Assembly: GCA_964016885.1 (NCBI GenBank)
Contig: OZ024740.1
Location: 180,420,001 to 180,484,000 of the forward strand
DNA: 64,000 nucleotides
From: Eledone cirrhosa
Lineage: Eukaryota
Direction of reading: 5' to 3'
Shown here in pieces: positions 1 through 15,654 of this stretch. The notes beneath the pieces are model-generated. The model did no database searches. It was not told the DNA's origin and saw only the letters and a list, made by a program, of their open reading frames with translations. The position numbers and the translations under genes were made by a program. Each line of letters starts with the position of its first letter. Within the stretch, counting starts at the first letter, position 1.

Positions 1-279
1 TACTTTGTTGGTAATTCAACAAATATAAATGTTTATAACTTTATAACTGATTCAAAGCACTCAACAAGTTTTCTGGAGTATAATATTCAATGACATTAAA
101 TAAATGGTAACTACATCCAGGAATAACTTGAACCGTTAAGATCCTATTCCTGGATATGTCAATATTTATGAAACAAACTTTGTATTTAATCTGAAGAGAG
201 CGTACCAAATATTTGGTATTGTTTTATAAATATAGTTTCCATTTATTTAGTATCATTGTATATATATATATATATATTT

Positions 280-1500
280 GTATATAGATATTCCCACATG
301 ATATCATCTAAATGCAACGCAAATACGCGTGCACCTGCACATGTCTCATGCATAAGCCTCATCTCTCATGCATAAACCTACAAGTATACACGCATGTATA
401 CTTGTAGGTTTATGCATGGATATGCATATGGGGTGAGTGTTTATGTACGTATGTCCATAGGTTCTTTAGAGCACGCGTTACAGACTTATAATAGTAGGGG
501 TCCCCGAAATGTGACCGCCACCACCTCATCGGCGTGTACACATTCAGTGACCTATACGTAAGTATGACGCCTGTATGGGTCGATGAGTCCAACAATACAT
601 ACAGGGGTGTCCAGGATCAATGATAAGGCATACACATCTGAGTCTTCATAACCCCCACGCACGCCTGTGTGGGGTGATGTATATATAGGAGCGCGTGTGT
701 GTAGATGTGTGTATGTATGTATGCGTTTTAACGTTTGTGTATATATGTGCATGTATATATATATATGGGTGTGTGTAGATGTACATAAGGCCGTGCGTGT
801 ATGCATGCATATTTGTATGTATGTGTATGCCTGTGTGTGCATGGATATATACGTGTGTATCTGACTGTGTGTGTGTTACACCCATGATCACAACATGTTT
901 CCTCACTCGAGTGTGTGTATATATATATATATGTATAGTTTCATATGTATATGCTTTGTATATACACAATTTATAATATTCTTCTTTGTGTATACAGATT
1001 CTTACATATGCACCCCCCCCCACCACATCATTAACTCCTTATAACACAAGTCATCTTAACAACCCCTTACCACACCCAATACCCAACTATATAGTGAATC
1101 ACCGTAATCTTTCATCCAGTATTATATGCCGCACCTCCACCACATCAACACCCCGCACAGAAAATGAGCCTGAACATACACGCCAACTTTTCTAGTGACA
1201 GTCGAAAGGGCATGCACCGCCACTCACATCAACCTCTGCCCCTCACCTCTTACCTACATTACAGTTGAATATATTCCTCGTAACTAACCAACCAATCAAA
1301 GCAACTTTTACTGATCAGCATATGAATATTAGACTCTTTCGTACGCCAGGTATATTCATTCAGTCATTACTATCACAGAGGTCCGACGAGACATTGATTA
1401 CAGAGTACGGCTAGATCGATAGAGATCGAACCTTGAGGTGACCAAGGGCGAAACGGGAGTCACCAACAATAAATGTAATTAAGGACTAAACATTCGTATG
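280..1500 (+). mobile_element. Probable non-coding 3' end (pseudo-LTR) of a Penelope-like element
   Basis: Block between (TA)n tracts, ending in an HHR-like motif (1380-1464) and AATAAA (1468-1473) just before (TA)n. This is the same layout as other PLE ends in the window. No coding part seen. Confidence 0.4.
1380..1464 (+). ncRNA. Degenerate type I hammerhead-like motif
   Basis: GGT-CCGACGA-G...C-GAAAC-GGGA-GTC-ACC. Stem I GGT/ACC, core CCGACGA (U4C relative to CUGANGA), GTC triplet, long stem II insert. Confidence 0.4.
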
Positions 1501-1512
1501 TATATATATATA

Positions 1513-1999
1513 TATATATTGGTAAACGGAATAGAAAATGCTGACAAATTGTTCACAGTTGAAAAATGGTTTAATTAGGAATAAAAGAGTATTAGTGATT
1601 GTATGGGTTAGTATTCAGTTGTGGTTTTAAGTTTTTAAGTTTTTACCGGTTGCGCATTTCTAAATGCTTTTCAAAAATAATTTTGAGATAGAGTGTCCGT
1701 GCTGTTTGCTCTGATCTGATTAGTTTTGGGAATTCTACCTGTTTTTATGTTAAAAAAATGGCTCCAGCGTTATTTTTGTGTTGCAAAAATGCTTGTGGTC
1801 AAAACAATTTTGATTGGTCGGTAGAGGTCATGTGAATGTAAAAAGTTGATTTTGCGCCAAGACTGTTTTTATGTTAAAATGTTAGAAAAGTGGCTCCAGC
1901 AAAAATTATTGGTCAAAACAAATTTGATTGGTCGGTAGAGGTCATGTGGATAAAAAATTGGTTTTGCGCCAAGATTGAGAAATGACTCTTTCAGAACAA

Positions 2000-2069
<70 letters not shown>

Positions 2070-2310
2070 TAGTAGTAGTAGTAAGGTGTCCGATGCTGCG
2101 ACAATAGCCACCAGCGATGTGTGTCAAATGGCTATTAAGATAAGTGTGTGTGTGTGTGTGTGTGTGTGTGCGTACATATACACAGCAGAGTCATTCGAAG
2201 GTCAAAAGATATTTTTCAGCTTTTGTCTTATACGGAGAAGTGCGTGTGTGTGTGTGTGTGTGTGTATAAGTCTCTTTGTATGTTGATGTACGCGTGTGTA
2301 TGTGTTTGTG

Positions 2311-2357
<47 letters not shown>

Positions 2358-2912
2358 GTGGGTGGACCAGTATTTTTTTCCCCCTGGTAAAATGGTGTAC
2401 ATTATTCGATTTTTTCAGTAAAATCGGTTCTCTTAATAGAACATCAACAATCTTAACAATAAAAGGTGTGAAATGATATTCACTATATATATACACACAC
2501 ACACACACACACATATATATTTTCACTACATATATATATATATATATACATATATACATACATATATATGCACATATATTTTTTTGTATTGCACCATAGA
2601 GCATGTGTGTTTACGTGTGTCATTGTGTTTATATGTGGGTAGAGATGTGTGCTGATGTAGGTATGTATGTTGACGTGTGTATGTTGTGGGTTCGTCTTAG
2701 GGAGAAGTGTTTAGAGAAGTGTTTAGAAGTGTTCGTCTTAGGGAGAAGTGTTTAGACAAAAGCTGAAAAATATATTTTGACCATCGAATGACTCTGCTGT
2801 GTGTATGTACGCACACACACACACACACACACACACACTTATCTTAATAGCCATTTGACACACATCGCTGGTGGCTATTGTCGCAGCATCGAACACCTTA
2901 CTACTACTACTA

Positions 2913-2990
<78 letters not shown>

Positions 2991-3505
2991 TTGTTGTGAA
3001 AGAGTCATTTCTCAATCTTGGCGCAAAACCAATTTTTTATCCACATGACCTCTACCGACCAATCAAAATTGTTTTGACCAATAATTTTTGCTGGAGCCAC
3101 TTTTCTAACATTTTAACATAAAAACAGTCTTGGCGCAAAATCAACTTTTTACATTCGCATGACCTCTACCGACCAATCAAAATTGTTTTGACCACAAGCA
3201 TTTTTGCAACACAAAAATAACGCTGGAGCCATTTTTTTAACATAAAAACAGGTAGAATTCCCAAAACTAATCAGATCAGAGCAAACAGCACGGACACTCT
3301 ATCTCAAAATTATTTTTGAAAAGCATTTAGAAATGCGCAACCGGTAAAAACTTAAAAACTTAAAACCACAACTGAATACTAACCCATACAATCACTAATA
3401 CTCTTTTATTCCTAATTAAACCATTTTTCAACTGTGAACAATTTGTCAGCATTTTCTATTCCGTTTACCAATATATAATAACTTGTGTGTTACACCTCTA
3501 TTTTT

Positions 3506-3510
<5 letters not shown>
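1513..3510. mobile_element. Head-to-head inverted pair of PLE pseudo-LTRs (arms ~1513-2228 and ~2754-3477)
   Basis: ~720 bp near-identical inverted arms flanked by (TA)n. The same sequence recurs at ~45545-46160, adjacent to a PLE RT fragment. Confidence 0.8.
3313..3350 (+). ncRNA. Variant minimal hammerhead-like motif (UUGAAAA...GCAA core); other copies 1641-1677 (-) and 45972-46007 (+)
   Basis: TTT-TTGAAAA-GCATTTAGAAATGC-GCAA-CCGG-TA-AAA. Stem II GCATT/AATGC, palindromic stem III ACCGGT, GTA triplet. Confidence 0.5.
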
Positions 3511-3545
<35 letters not shown>

Positions 3546-4353
3546 TTTCAAGTTATCAATAATGTAGTGATCATATATCTTCACATTAGAGATGAATAGC
3601 GTACGTGTAGGTTTGCTCAACGAGTATAAATTATATTCCGGATAAAATGTAGAAAAGATGAATATAAAATGAAAGTGCTTTTATAAAGGAATTTATTATG
3701 TATTGACATATGTTTCTGTAACTGATGGGATACCTATGTATCGCTGCTTGCGTAATCATATAATTCGATAGCAAATGTATAATCAGTTGTCACTTCTTTA
3801 GAGATATTGGATAAATTGGAAAAAATCAGAAAAATCATAGTATTTATATTAGTTGTAAGAAAGGAAGAAGAGAAGGGATAGTATATGACAGATGGCAATT
3901 CAATTTGCTCGTAAACAAGTATATAGGAGGTTTTTAATGAGAATACAATGAGTATATGGCTTATTTTATCTAAATAAGAATATTTGGGAGTGCCTATTTT
4001 AATCTATATTAGACCAGTTGAACAATGGACAGGGCTGGTCGTTTGGTGTAGATATAAAGTGTCAAGTAAGGAAAAGAGAGATTTTCACTGCTACTGTGTA
4101 ACAACAATGCTGGTAGCCTGCTGGTATATGCATTAGGGAATTGAATTAAGAAATCTCATTTTATCAATAGCAGTTTATATTAAATGGTAAAGATTAGAAG
4201 AGTTGATAGAATTAAGACTAATAGAGAATGTTAATATGTATTTTGACAATCAAACGGAGATGGAGACAGGTGTTCAATCCTGCTAGCGTCTGTAATATGA
4301 AAATGTAGATTTCAAGCGATGGTTACAGTATAACGATCGCTCTATTCTGTTAT

Positions 4354-6548
4354 TTAATAAAATATTTTTGGATTCATAATACAGAATATTTCCATATAAC
4401 ACAATTCACAAAATTCCTGTCCTTGGAAATCTGCAGGGAAAGATGCTATTATATCCCATTTTAGGTTAAAATGTTGGTTATTTTCGCGCAGCTGCCAATC
4501 CTTGTCTGCGAGTGTTGTTACACACCGCTGGTTCTCATGTTTTATCAAGTGACGTTGTCCATAAAGGCGATATTTGAAGGAGGTAGCTGTAGACCCCCAC
4601 ATAGTACCACTTCTGGCTACCCGATTCGATAGTACATTTGTATATGATGTTACGTTCAAGACACTGATTGTTGAACGGACACATTCCTGGTTGGACAGAG
4701 TTGCAGTTATAATTATGCGTTGTTGTATTACAATGGACGGGATGTTGTTTGTTGTTTTGTGATGTTATAGCCGATGTTTTACGTGTATTGTTATGTGTTG
4801 GAAGACGTTTATACAACCGTTTTGCGTTAAGCTTTTTTTATGTTTTTCAATATTAGGGGCGGTTGAATATGAAAGTCGAATAGTGCTAGGGTTTAAGATT
4901 TTATTATATTTATGTGATGTTGGAAAATGTTTTTTAACTAATGGAAAGAATTGTGAGGGTAGATTGGTTTTAATAGAGTTGTTATAGACCAGGTTGTACC
5001 ATATATACTCTTTACATCGCCTTCTGTTTGGTGGTGTGCGACTATTAGTGTGTCTATTGCGGTATGTATGGTGGTGATTCTATGCTATTTCTGCCTCTAT
5101 GAGATTTATTTTGGCTGTTTTGGTAATCGTCAACTATATACTCGATATTATCTAGGTGTCCAACCTTCCTAAGTGCATCATCATAATATTCGGCATGTTC
5201 TTTGAAAGTTTGCTTGTTGGACGACAGGCGGGTGATTCTAAGGGAAATATTTCTAGGGATGGATTTAATTAAAGGTGGTGGATGGTGAGAACCCGCATTT
5301 ACATATTTAAGGTTCTCATTTAGATTATGGAACGTTTTAATCGTTTCTGTATTGAGATTCAGAGTAACATCAAGGAAATTAACCTCTTTGAGGTTATATT
5401 CAAACGTAATATTTAATCCTAGTTCCTTAAAAAGTGTTCTAATATTTTTACGCATCCTTTCTAAATTCTGGTTATTCATATGCTTAAGTAATAGGACCGC
5501 ATCGTCACGGTAGAGTCCACCGTGGAGAAACTTGATTTTTCCTTGTAGTCTGTGGGTGATATAAGTTCCCACAAGATCAGTTATTCCGCCGAATCATTGG
5601 AACCCATAGTTATATCAAAATTAGAAGGTCTATCTTTGCGAACCCAGTAGCTATCATCAAATTTAACAATAGTTTTCCTCGCTTCCATAATAATACTAAT
5701 TTCATCATCCGTAAGGTCGGAGTTAGCCTTAGCGAACGAAAGGGCTTCATGCAGAATATCAGGTGAGATTGAGGAATAATACTGATCAATATAGAACTGA
5801 ATAAATTTTGATTTCTTCTTATCAGTTACGCTATTAAACCATCTTATTGCCTCATGGCTGTAACCCCATAGTTTAATATCTACTTTAGCCTTAACTTGGG
5901 GGATAATTCTGTGTAGTATATAATTGCTAATTTTGCCTGTATCAGATTTAGAGGTGCATATAATTCTAATTTTAGGGTCAGTATCGAAGTTTACCTTATG
6001 GTCCTTCAGGTTGAAGGATGGTGTAGCTGGTGTTAAGGGTTGCGTTCTATCATCAATACAAAGTTTTTTAACAATTTCACATGCCGAGTTGTTGATGTTT
6101 CTAAGTGTAGCTTCATTAGTTTTCTTGTATTTTTCGTGCAATTCTTTACGGATGAAGTTATTGTAAGTATCCACATACATGGTATATACGTTTGAAGTTT
6201 TGTCTGCTCTAACAATAATTCCATTGGCGTTTTTTAGATTATTGAGCAGTGCCGTGATGTCATTCTGTAGTTTATTGTTTTTGCGTTTTGTAAATTTGAT
6301 CTCCATGAACCTATTCATTAGGTCCTGTTCAAATGCTTCCAAAAGTGGGTTTGACGTTGGGTTTTTGTAAGATTTAAATCCAAATTTATCTTTGTTATGA
6401 TCCGATGTTTGGTTTATACGGCTTTTGTCAAAATGAAATGTTTTCCATCTGATTCGTCGAATTAAATCATTGGTATTCGTATAATACCTAGAATTTTTGC
6501 CTGAATAGGTATATTTTTTAGCGACATATCCAATTGGTGCCTTTCCAT
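4354..6548 (-). pseudogene. PLE ORF (reverse transcriptase + C-terminal GIY-YIG endonuclease), frameshifted
   Basis: Starts MERHQLDMSLKNIP. RT motifs RADKT, FYIDQYYSSI, ITMGSNDSAE, GLYRDD, VNFLDVTLNL, SHHPP. Then CNSVQPGMCPFNNQCLERNIIYKC...YYVG and CELC (GIY-YIG). Split over several frames. Confidence 0.9.
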
Positions 6549-7436
6549 TTTAGAGACGCATGCTGAATTAGTTGCTCAAATGTATAGTAGATTATTAAAA
6601 TGTCAAGTTATCAATAATGTAGTGATAATATATCGTCACATTAGAGATGAACAGCGTACGTGTAGGTTTGCTCAACTAGTATAAATTATATTCCGGAGAA
6701 AATGTAGAAAAGATGAATATAAAATGAAAAGTGCTTTTATAAAGGAATTTATTAGGTATTGACATATGTTTCTGTAACAGATGGAATACCTATGTATCGC
6801 TGCTTGCATAATCATATAATGTTAGCAAGTATTCGATAGAAAATGTATAATCAGTTGTCACTTCTTCAGAGATATTGGATAAATTGGAAAAAATCAGACA
6901 AATCAAAGTATTTATATTAGTTGTAAGAAAGGAAGAAGAGAAGGGATAGTATATGACAGATGGCAATTCAATTTGCTGGTAAACAAGTATATAGAAGGTT
7001 TTTTAATGAGAATACAATGAGTATATGGCTTATTTTATCTAAATAAGTATTTTTGCTAGTGCCTATTTTAATCTATATTTAATCAGTTGAACAATGGACA
7101 GGGCTGATCGTTTGGTGTAGTAGTATTAATACAGATATAAAGTATCAAGTAAGGAAGAGAGATATTTTCATTGCTACTGTATAACAACACTGCTGGTAGC
7201 CTGCTGGTATATGCCTTAGGGAATTGAATTAAGAAATCTCATTTTATGTATAGCAGTTTATATTAAATGGTAAAGAATAGAAGAGTTGATAGAATTAAAA
7301 CTAATAGAGAATGTTAATATGTATTTTGACAATCAAACGGAGATGGAGACAGGTGTTCAATCCTGGTAGCGTTTGTAATATGAAAATGTAGATTTCAAGC
7401 GATGGTTACAGTATAACGATCGCTCTATTCTGTTAT

Positions 7437-8389
7437 TTAATAAAATATTTTTGGATTCATAATACAGAATATTTTCATATAACACAATTTACAAAATTCC
7501 TGTCCTTGGAATTCTGCAGGGAAAGATGCTATTATATCCCATTTTAGGTTAAATTGTTGGTTATTTTCGCGCAGCTGCCAAGCCTTGTCTGCGAGCGTTG
7601 TTACATAACGCTGGTTTTCATGTTTTATCGAGTAACGATGTCTATAACGGCGAGATGTGAAGGAGGTAGCTGTAGACCCCACATAGTGCCACTTCTGACT
7701 ACCCATTTCGATAGTACATTTGTATATGATGTTGCGTTCAAGACACTGATTTTTAAACGGACACATTCCTGGTTGGACACAGTTACAGTTATAATTATGC
7801 GTTGTTGTATTACCATGGATAGGTTGATGAGGTTGCTTAGGCAGGACGGGATGTTGTTTGTTGTTTTGTGATGCTATAGCCGATGTTTTACGTGTATTGT
7901 TATGTGTCGGAAAAGCGTTTATACAACCGTTTTGCGTTAAGCTTTTTTATATATTGTTCAATATTAGGGGCGGTTGAATATGAAAGTCGAAGAGTGTTAG
8001 GGTTTAATATTTTATTATATTTATGTGATGTTGGAAAATGTGTTTTAACTAATCGAAAGAACTGTGAGGGTAGATTGGTTTTAATAGAGTTGTTATAGAC
8101 CAGGTTGTACCATATATACTCTTTACATCGCCTTCTGTTTGGTGGTGTGCGACTATTAGTGTGTCTATTGCAGTAGTGTATGTATGAGAGTGGGTTTTTG
8201 TAAGATTTAAATCCAAATTTATCCTTGTTAAGATCCGATGTTTGGTTTATACGGCTGTTGTCAAAATGGAATGTTTTCCGTCTGATTCATCGAATAAAAT
8301 CATTGGTCCTTCGTATCATACCTAGAATATATTCCTTTTTTGCCTGAATAGGTGTTTTTTAACGACATATCCAATTGGTGCCTTTCCAT
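7437..8389 (-). pseudogene. Internally deleted PLE ORF (N-terminus joined to GIY-YIG region, RT removed)
   Basis: GIY-YIG ORF 7437-7766 (IIYKC...YVGST...CKLC). The junction near 8190 joins sequence homologous to ~5065 with sequence homologous to ~6350. Confidence 0.85.
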
Positions 8390-9596
8390 TTCAGAGACGT
8401 ATGCTGAATTAGTTGCTCAACTGTATAGGTGATTATTAAAATTTCAAGTTATCAATAATGTAGTGATAATATATCGTCACGTTAGAGATGAACAGCGTAC
8501 GTGTAGGTTTGCTCGACTAGTATAAATTATATTCCGGAGAAAATGTAGAAAAGATGAATATAAAATGAAAGTGCTTTTATAAAGGAATTTATTAGGTATT
8601 GACATATGTTTCTGTAACAGATGGAATACCTATGTATCGCTGCTTGCGTAAACATATAATTCGATAGCAAAAGTATAATCAGTTGTCACTTCTTCAGAGA
8701 TCTTGGACAAATTGGAAAAAATCAGACAAATCAAAGTATTTATATTAGTTGTAAGAAAGGAAGATGAGAACGGATAGTATATGACAGATGGCAATTCAAT
8801 TTGCTGGTAAACAATTATATAGAATGTTTTTAATGAGAATACAATGAGTATATGTCTTATTTTATCTAAATAAAAATGTTTGAGAGTGCCTATTTCAATC
8901 TATATTTGACCAGTTGAACAATGGACAGGGCTGATCGTTTGGTGTAGTAGTATTAATACAGATATAAATTATCAAGTAAGGAAGAGAGAGCTTTTCACTG
9001 CTACTGTATAAAATCTCTCTCTTCCTTACTTGACAATTTATATCTGTATTAATACTACTACACCAAACGATCAGCCCTGTCCATTGTTCAACTGGTCAAA
9101 TATAGATTAAAATAGGCACTCCCAAACATTTTTATTTAGATAAAATAAGCCATATACTCATTGTATTCTCATTAAAAACCTTCTACCAGCAAATTGAATT
9201 GCCATCTGTCATAAACTATCCCTTCATTTTCTTACAACTAATATAAATACTTTGATTTTTCTGATTTTTTCCAATTTGTCCAAGATCTCTGAAGAAGTGA
9301 CAACTGATTATACTTTTGCTATCGAATTATATGTTTACGCAAGCAGCGATACATAGGTATTCCATCTGTTACAGAAACATATGTCAATACCTAATAAATT
9401 CCTTTATAAAAGCACTTTCATTTTATATTCATCTTTTCTACATTTTCTCCGGAATATAATTTATACTAGTCGAGCATACCTACACGTACGCTGTTCATCT
9501 CTAACGTGACGATATATTATCACTACATTATTGATAACTTAAAATTTTAATAATCATCTATACAGTTGAGCAACTAATTCAGCATACATCTCTAAA

Positions 9597-10550
9597 ATGG
9601 AAAGGCACCAATTGGATATGTCGTTAAAAAACATACCTATTCAGGCAAAAAAGGTATATATTCTAGGTATAATACGAAGGACCAATGATTTTATTCGACG
9701 AATCAGATGGAAAATATTCCATTTTGACAAAAGCCGTATAAACCAAACATCGGATCTTAACGAGGATAATTTGGATTTAAATCGTACAAAAACCCACCCT
9801 CATACATACACTACCGCAATAGACACACTAATAGTCGCACACCATCAAACAGAAGGCGATGTAAAGAGTATATATAGTTCAACCTGGTCTATAACAACTC
9901 TATTAAAACCAATCTACCCTCACAATGCTTTCGATTAGTTAAAACACATTTTCCAACATCACATAAATATAATAAAATATTAAACCCTAACACTATTCGA
10001 CTTTCATATTCAACCGCCCCTAATATTGAATAACATATAAAAAAGCTTAACGCAAACCGGTTGTATAAACGTCTTTCAACACATAACATTACACGTAAAA
10101 CATCGGCTATAACATCACAAAACAACAAACAACATCCCGTCCTGCCTAAGCAACCTCATCAACCCATCCATGGTAATACAACAACGCATAATTATAACTG
10201 TAACTGTGTCCAACCAGGAATGTGTCCGTTGAACAATCAGTGTCTTGAACGCAACATCATATACAAATGTACTATCGAATCGGGTAGTCAGAAGTGGCAC
10301 TATGTGGGGTCTACAGCTACCTCCTTCACATCTCGCCTTTATAGACATCGTTACTCGATGAAACATGAAAACCAGCGTTATGTAACAACACTCGCAGACA
10401 AGGCTTGGCAGCTGCGCGAAAATAAACAACAATTTAACCTAAAATGGGATATAATAGCATCTTTCCCTGCAGAGACCAAGGACAGGAATTTTGTAAATTG
10501 TGTAATATGGAAATATTTTGTATTATGAAATACAAAAATATGTTATTAAA
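9597..10550 (+). pseudogene. Inverted copy of the RT-deleted PLE ORF
   Basis: ORFs 9597-9938 (MERHQLDMSLKNIPIQ) and 10061-10528 (GIY-YIG). Same deletion junction (~9795) as the copy at ~8190. Confidence 0.85.
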
Positions 10551-11236
10551 TAACAGAATAGAGCGATCGTTATACTGTAACCATCGCTTGAAATCTACAT
10601 TTTAATATTACAAACGCTACCAGGATTGAACACCTGTCTCCATCTCTGTTTGATTGTCAAAATACATATTAGCACCCTCTATTAGTCTTAATTCTATCAA
10701 CTCTTCTATTCATTACCATTTAATATAAACAGCTATAGATAAAATGAGATTTCATAATTCAATTCCCTACTTGACACTTTATATCTGTATTAATACTACT
10801 ACACCAAACCACTAGCCCTGTCCATTGTTCAAATGGTCAAATATAGATTAAAATAGGCACTCCCAAAAATTCTTATTTAGATAAAATCAGCCATATACTC
10901 ATTGTATTCTCATTAAAAACCTTCTATATACTTGTTTACCAGCAAATTGAATTGCCATCTATCATATACTATCCCTTCTCTTCTTCCATTCTTACAACTA
11001 ATATAAATACTTTGATTTTTCTGATTTTTTCAAATTTATCCAATATCTCTGAAGAAGTGACAACTGATTATACATTTGCTATCGCATACTTGCTAACATT
11101 ATATGATTTCGCAAGCAGCGATACATAGGTATTCCGTATGTTACAGAAACATATGTCAATACCTAATAAATTCCTTTATAAAGCACTTTCATTTTATATT
11201 CATCTTTTCTAAATATATATATATATATATATATAT

Positions 11237-13661
<2,425 letters not shown>

Positions 13662-13819
13662 TATATATATATATACAAATGGAAGTACAACATAGTCGAA
13701 GCTCGAGCCGCAGCTAAGCCAACGAATGGAATCAGAAAGAACAGCCAAGCACTCGATAAGTTATAAAACCTTAGAGTAATAGCATTACGTTTAAAGGTCT
13801 TTGCAAAAAAAAAAAGAAA

Positions 13820-13874
<55 letters not shown>

Positions 13875-14245
13875 ATAAATCTCCGGTGAACGAATTCAGT
13901 TAGCATTAAGAATAATGGGGTTAAGCCAACAATTTAAACTGCCACCATCTCTGTTGGTCAACACTAACATAAGTCGAAAGAAAACTTCGGACAAAAATAT
14001 GAACTTTCCTCTCTAAATATGTCTGTAAAAAGTAATTTCTTTTTCTCCGCTTTGTTATTATTCATATAAATATGCAATTTAAGTGTACTATAAACTCTCG
14101 CCGTTAAAAAAAAAACATGTAAAGCTGAAACCGGTACACGATTAAATACGGAAATCTGGACTTTATAAATAAATGTTTTCATATTATACTGAAAAAAACC
14201 CTCCTACATTTCCTACTGTATTTTCTTCTCTTCTTACTATATCTT

Positions 14246-14284
<39 letters not shown>

Positions 14285-14314
14285 ATGTGTGGGGAGGGGT
14301 TGTGTGTGTGACAG

Positions 14315-14359
<45 letters not shown>

Positions 14360-15654
14360 CACCAGAATGTCGACATCTGCCGTAACTATATGACTTCATT
14401 TCTATAGTAGTTTACCCGTGAATAAACATGGGAATTACTTTGTTACTTACCATCTCGTGCAAAAGAATACTTGATTATTCTAGTGCAATATGGTGTATAG
14501 AGTTTAGCGATTGTTTACATATAATGAGTGAAAGGTTTATTCATCAGAACATACGTATTTCTAACTATTTATGTTTAAGCACATAGCAATAAATATTTGT
14601 TCAGTTTCTACTTCTCATTAAAAAAAAATACAGTAGAATTGTCAGCCATAACTATTGATTAAACTTCAAGTAACCCAAGATCTCTGCATTCTCTACCATC
14701 CACTCCTACCCTCTGTTATTTCTGCTTTTCTCTTTCTGTTTTACTTTCTCTCAATTGTCAATAAGCCCCTTTAGAGACTTGACAGGAAACAGTTTTCTAT
14801 AAATAAATAGATATACCTAAACATAGGCGTGTATTAAGGCCCTTAATCAACATGATGCCGAAATGATATATTTATCTAATGTAGATAGATACATTAAAAG
14901 CCTAATGGGTAAAATAACAAACACAAAAGCTCTTTAGTGAGATGGATTACTCTGAAGTAACTCTGAAAGAAGATTGATTGTGAACATTATATACACGATT
15001 CATATTAAATGCTCCCGAGAGAACAACACTCCCGGCTTCTGATAGATATTAAGTTGCAACTGTTTGAATACTGTGAGACATTTGCAACATAGAATGAATT
15101 AAAGGTAGAATATATTTCCAGTTTATTCAGGAAGTTCTGAAAGAAGTTTAATTTTAATCGATTGTAACTATTTTGCCATAGGATCGAATTTTGCAGAAGA
15201 AAGTGAATTCATTATATTAAATATATTTTACATAAATTAAATATTAAATAAATGTAAATAATTACATCACATGTACCACAATACATCTGTATGATATCTC
15301 GTGTTTTTTGTGTAATGTTGGTTCCGTTTTTGAGTGTATTATTTACATATAGGACTAGGGACATTCAGTGATTGCTTTGTGATTGATCTAGGTGTATCTA
15401 CGTTCAAATTTGGGTGTGGGTGTTCCTATTTGTTTAATTAGACACATACAAACTCGCACACATATATGTGTATACAAACACACACACACACTCCACACAC
15501 ACGCGCACACACTCGCCCCCCCCCCCCCCATATATATATATATATTTACTAAAATGACAGATTACAGTCTAAGCAAAGAATCGCTGTTTTCACTCTTAAC
15601 GGGATCTTCTATATATATAAGGACGTATAAATATATAAGGACGTATAACTGAAA

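Larger units (their letters stand above)
3543..11212. mobile_element. Penelope-like retroelement concatemer: tandem units on - (3543-6597, 6598-8440, partial 8441-9010) and an inverted unit on + (9011-11212)
   Basis: An ~800 bp non-coding pseudo-LTR occurs five times in whole or part. RT and GIY-YIG coding remnants present. Inversion centre ~9010; (TA)n on both outer ends. Confidence 0.92.

Noticed and set aside
169-225. GAAACAAACTTTGTA-TTTAAT-CTGAAGA, a type II hammerhead-like order
   Set aside because: Only 6 nt are available for stem I and there is no convincing stem II pairing.
410-3121. Many HT/VC/YI-rich ORFs here and throughout the window
   Set aside because: Translations of (CA)n, (TG)n, (TA)n and (CT)n repeats, which lack stop codons in those frames.
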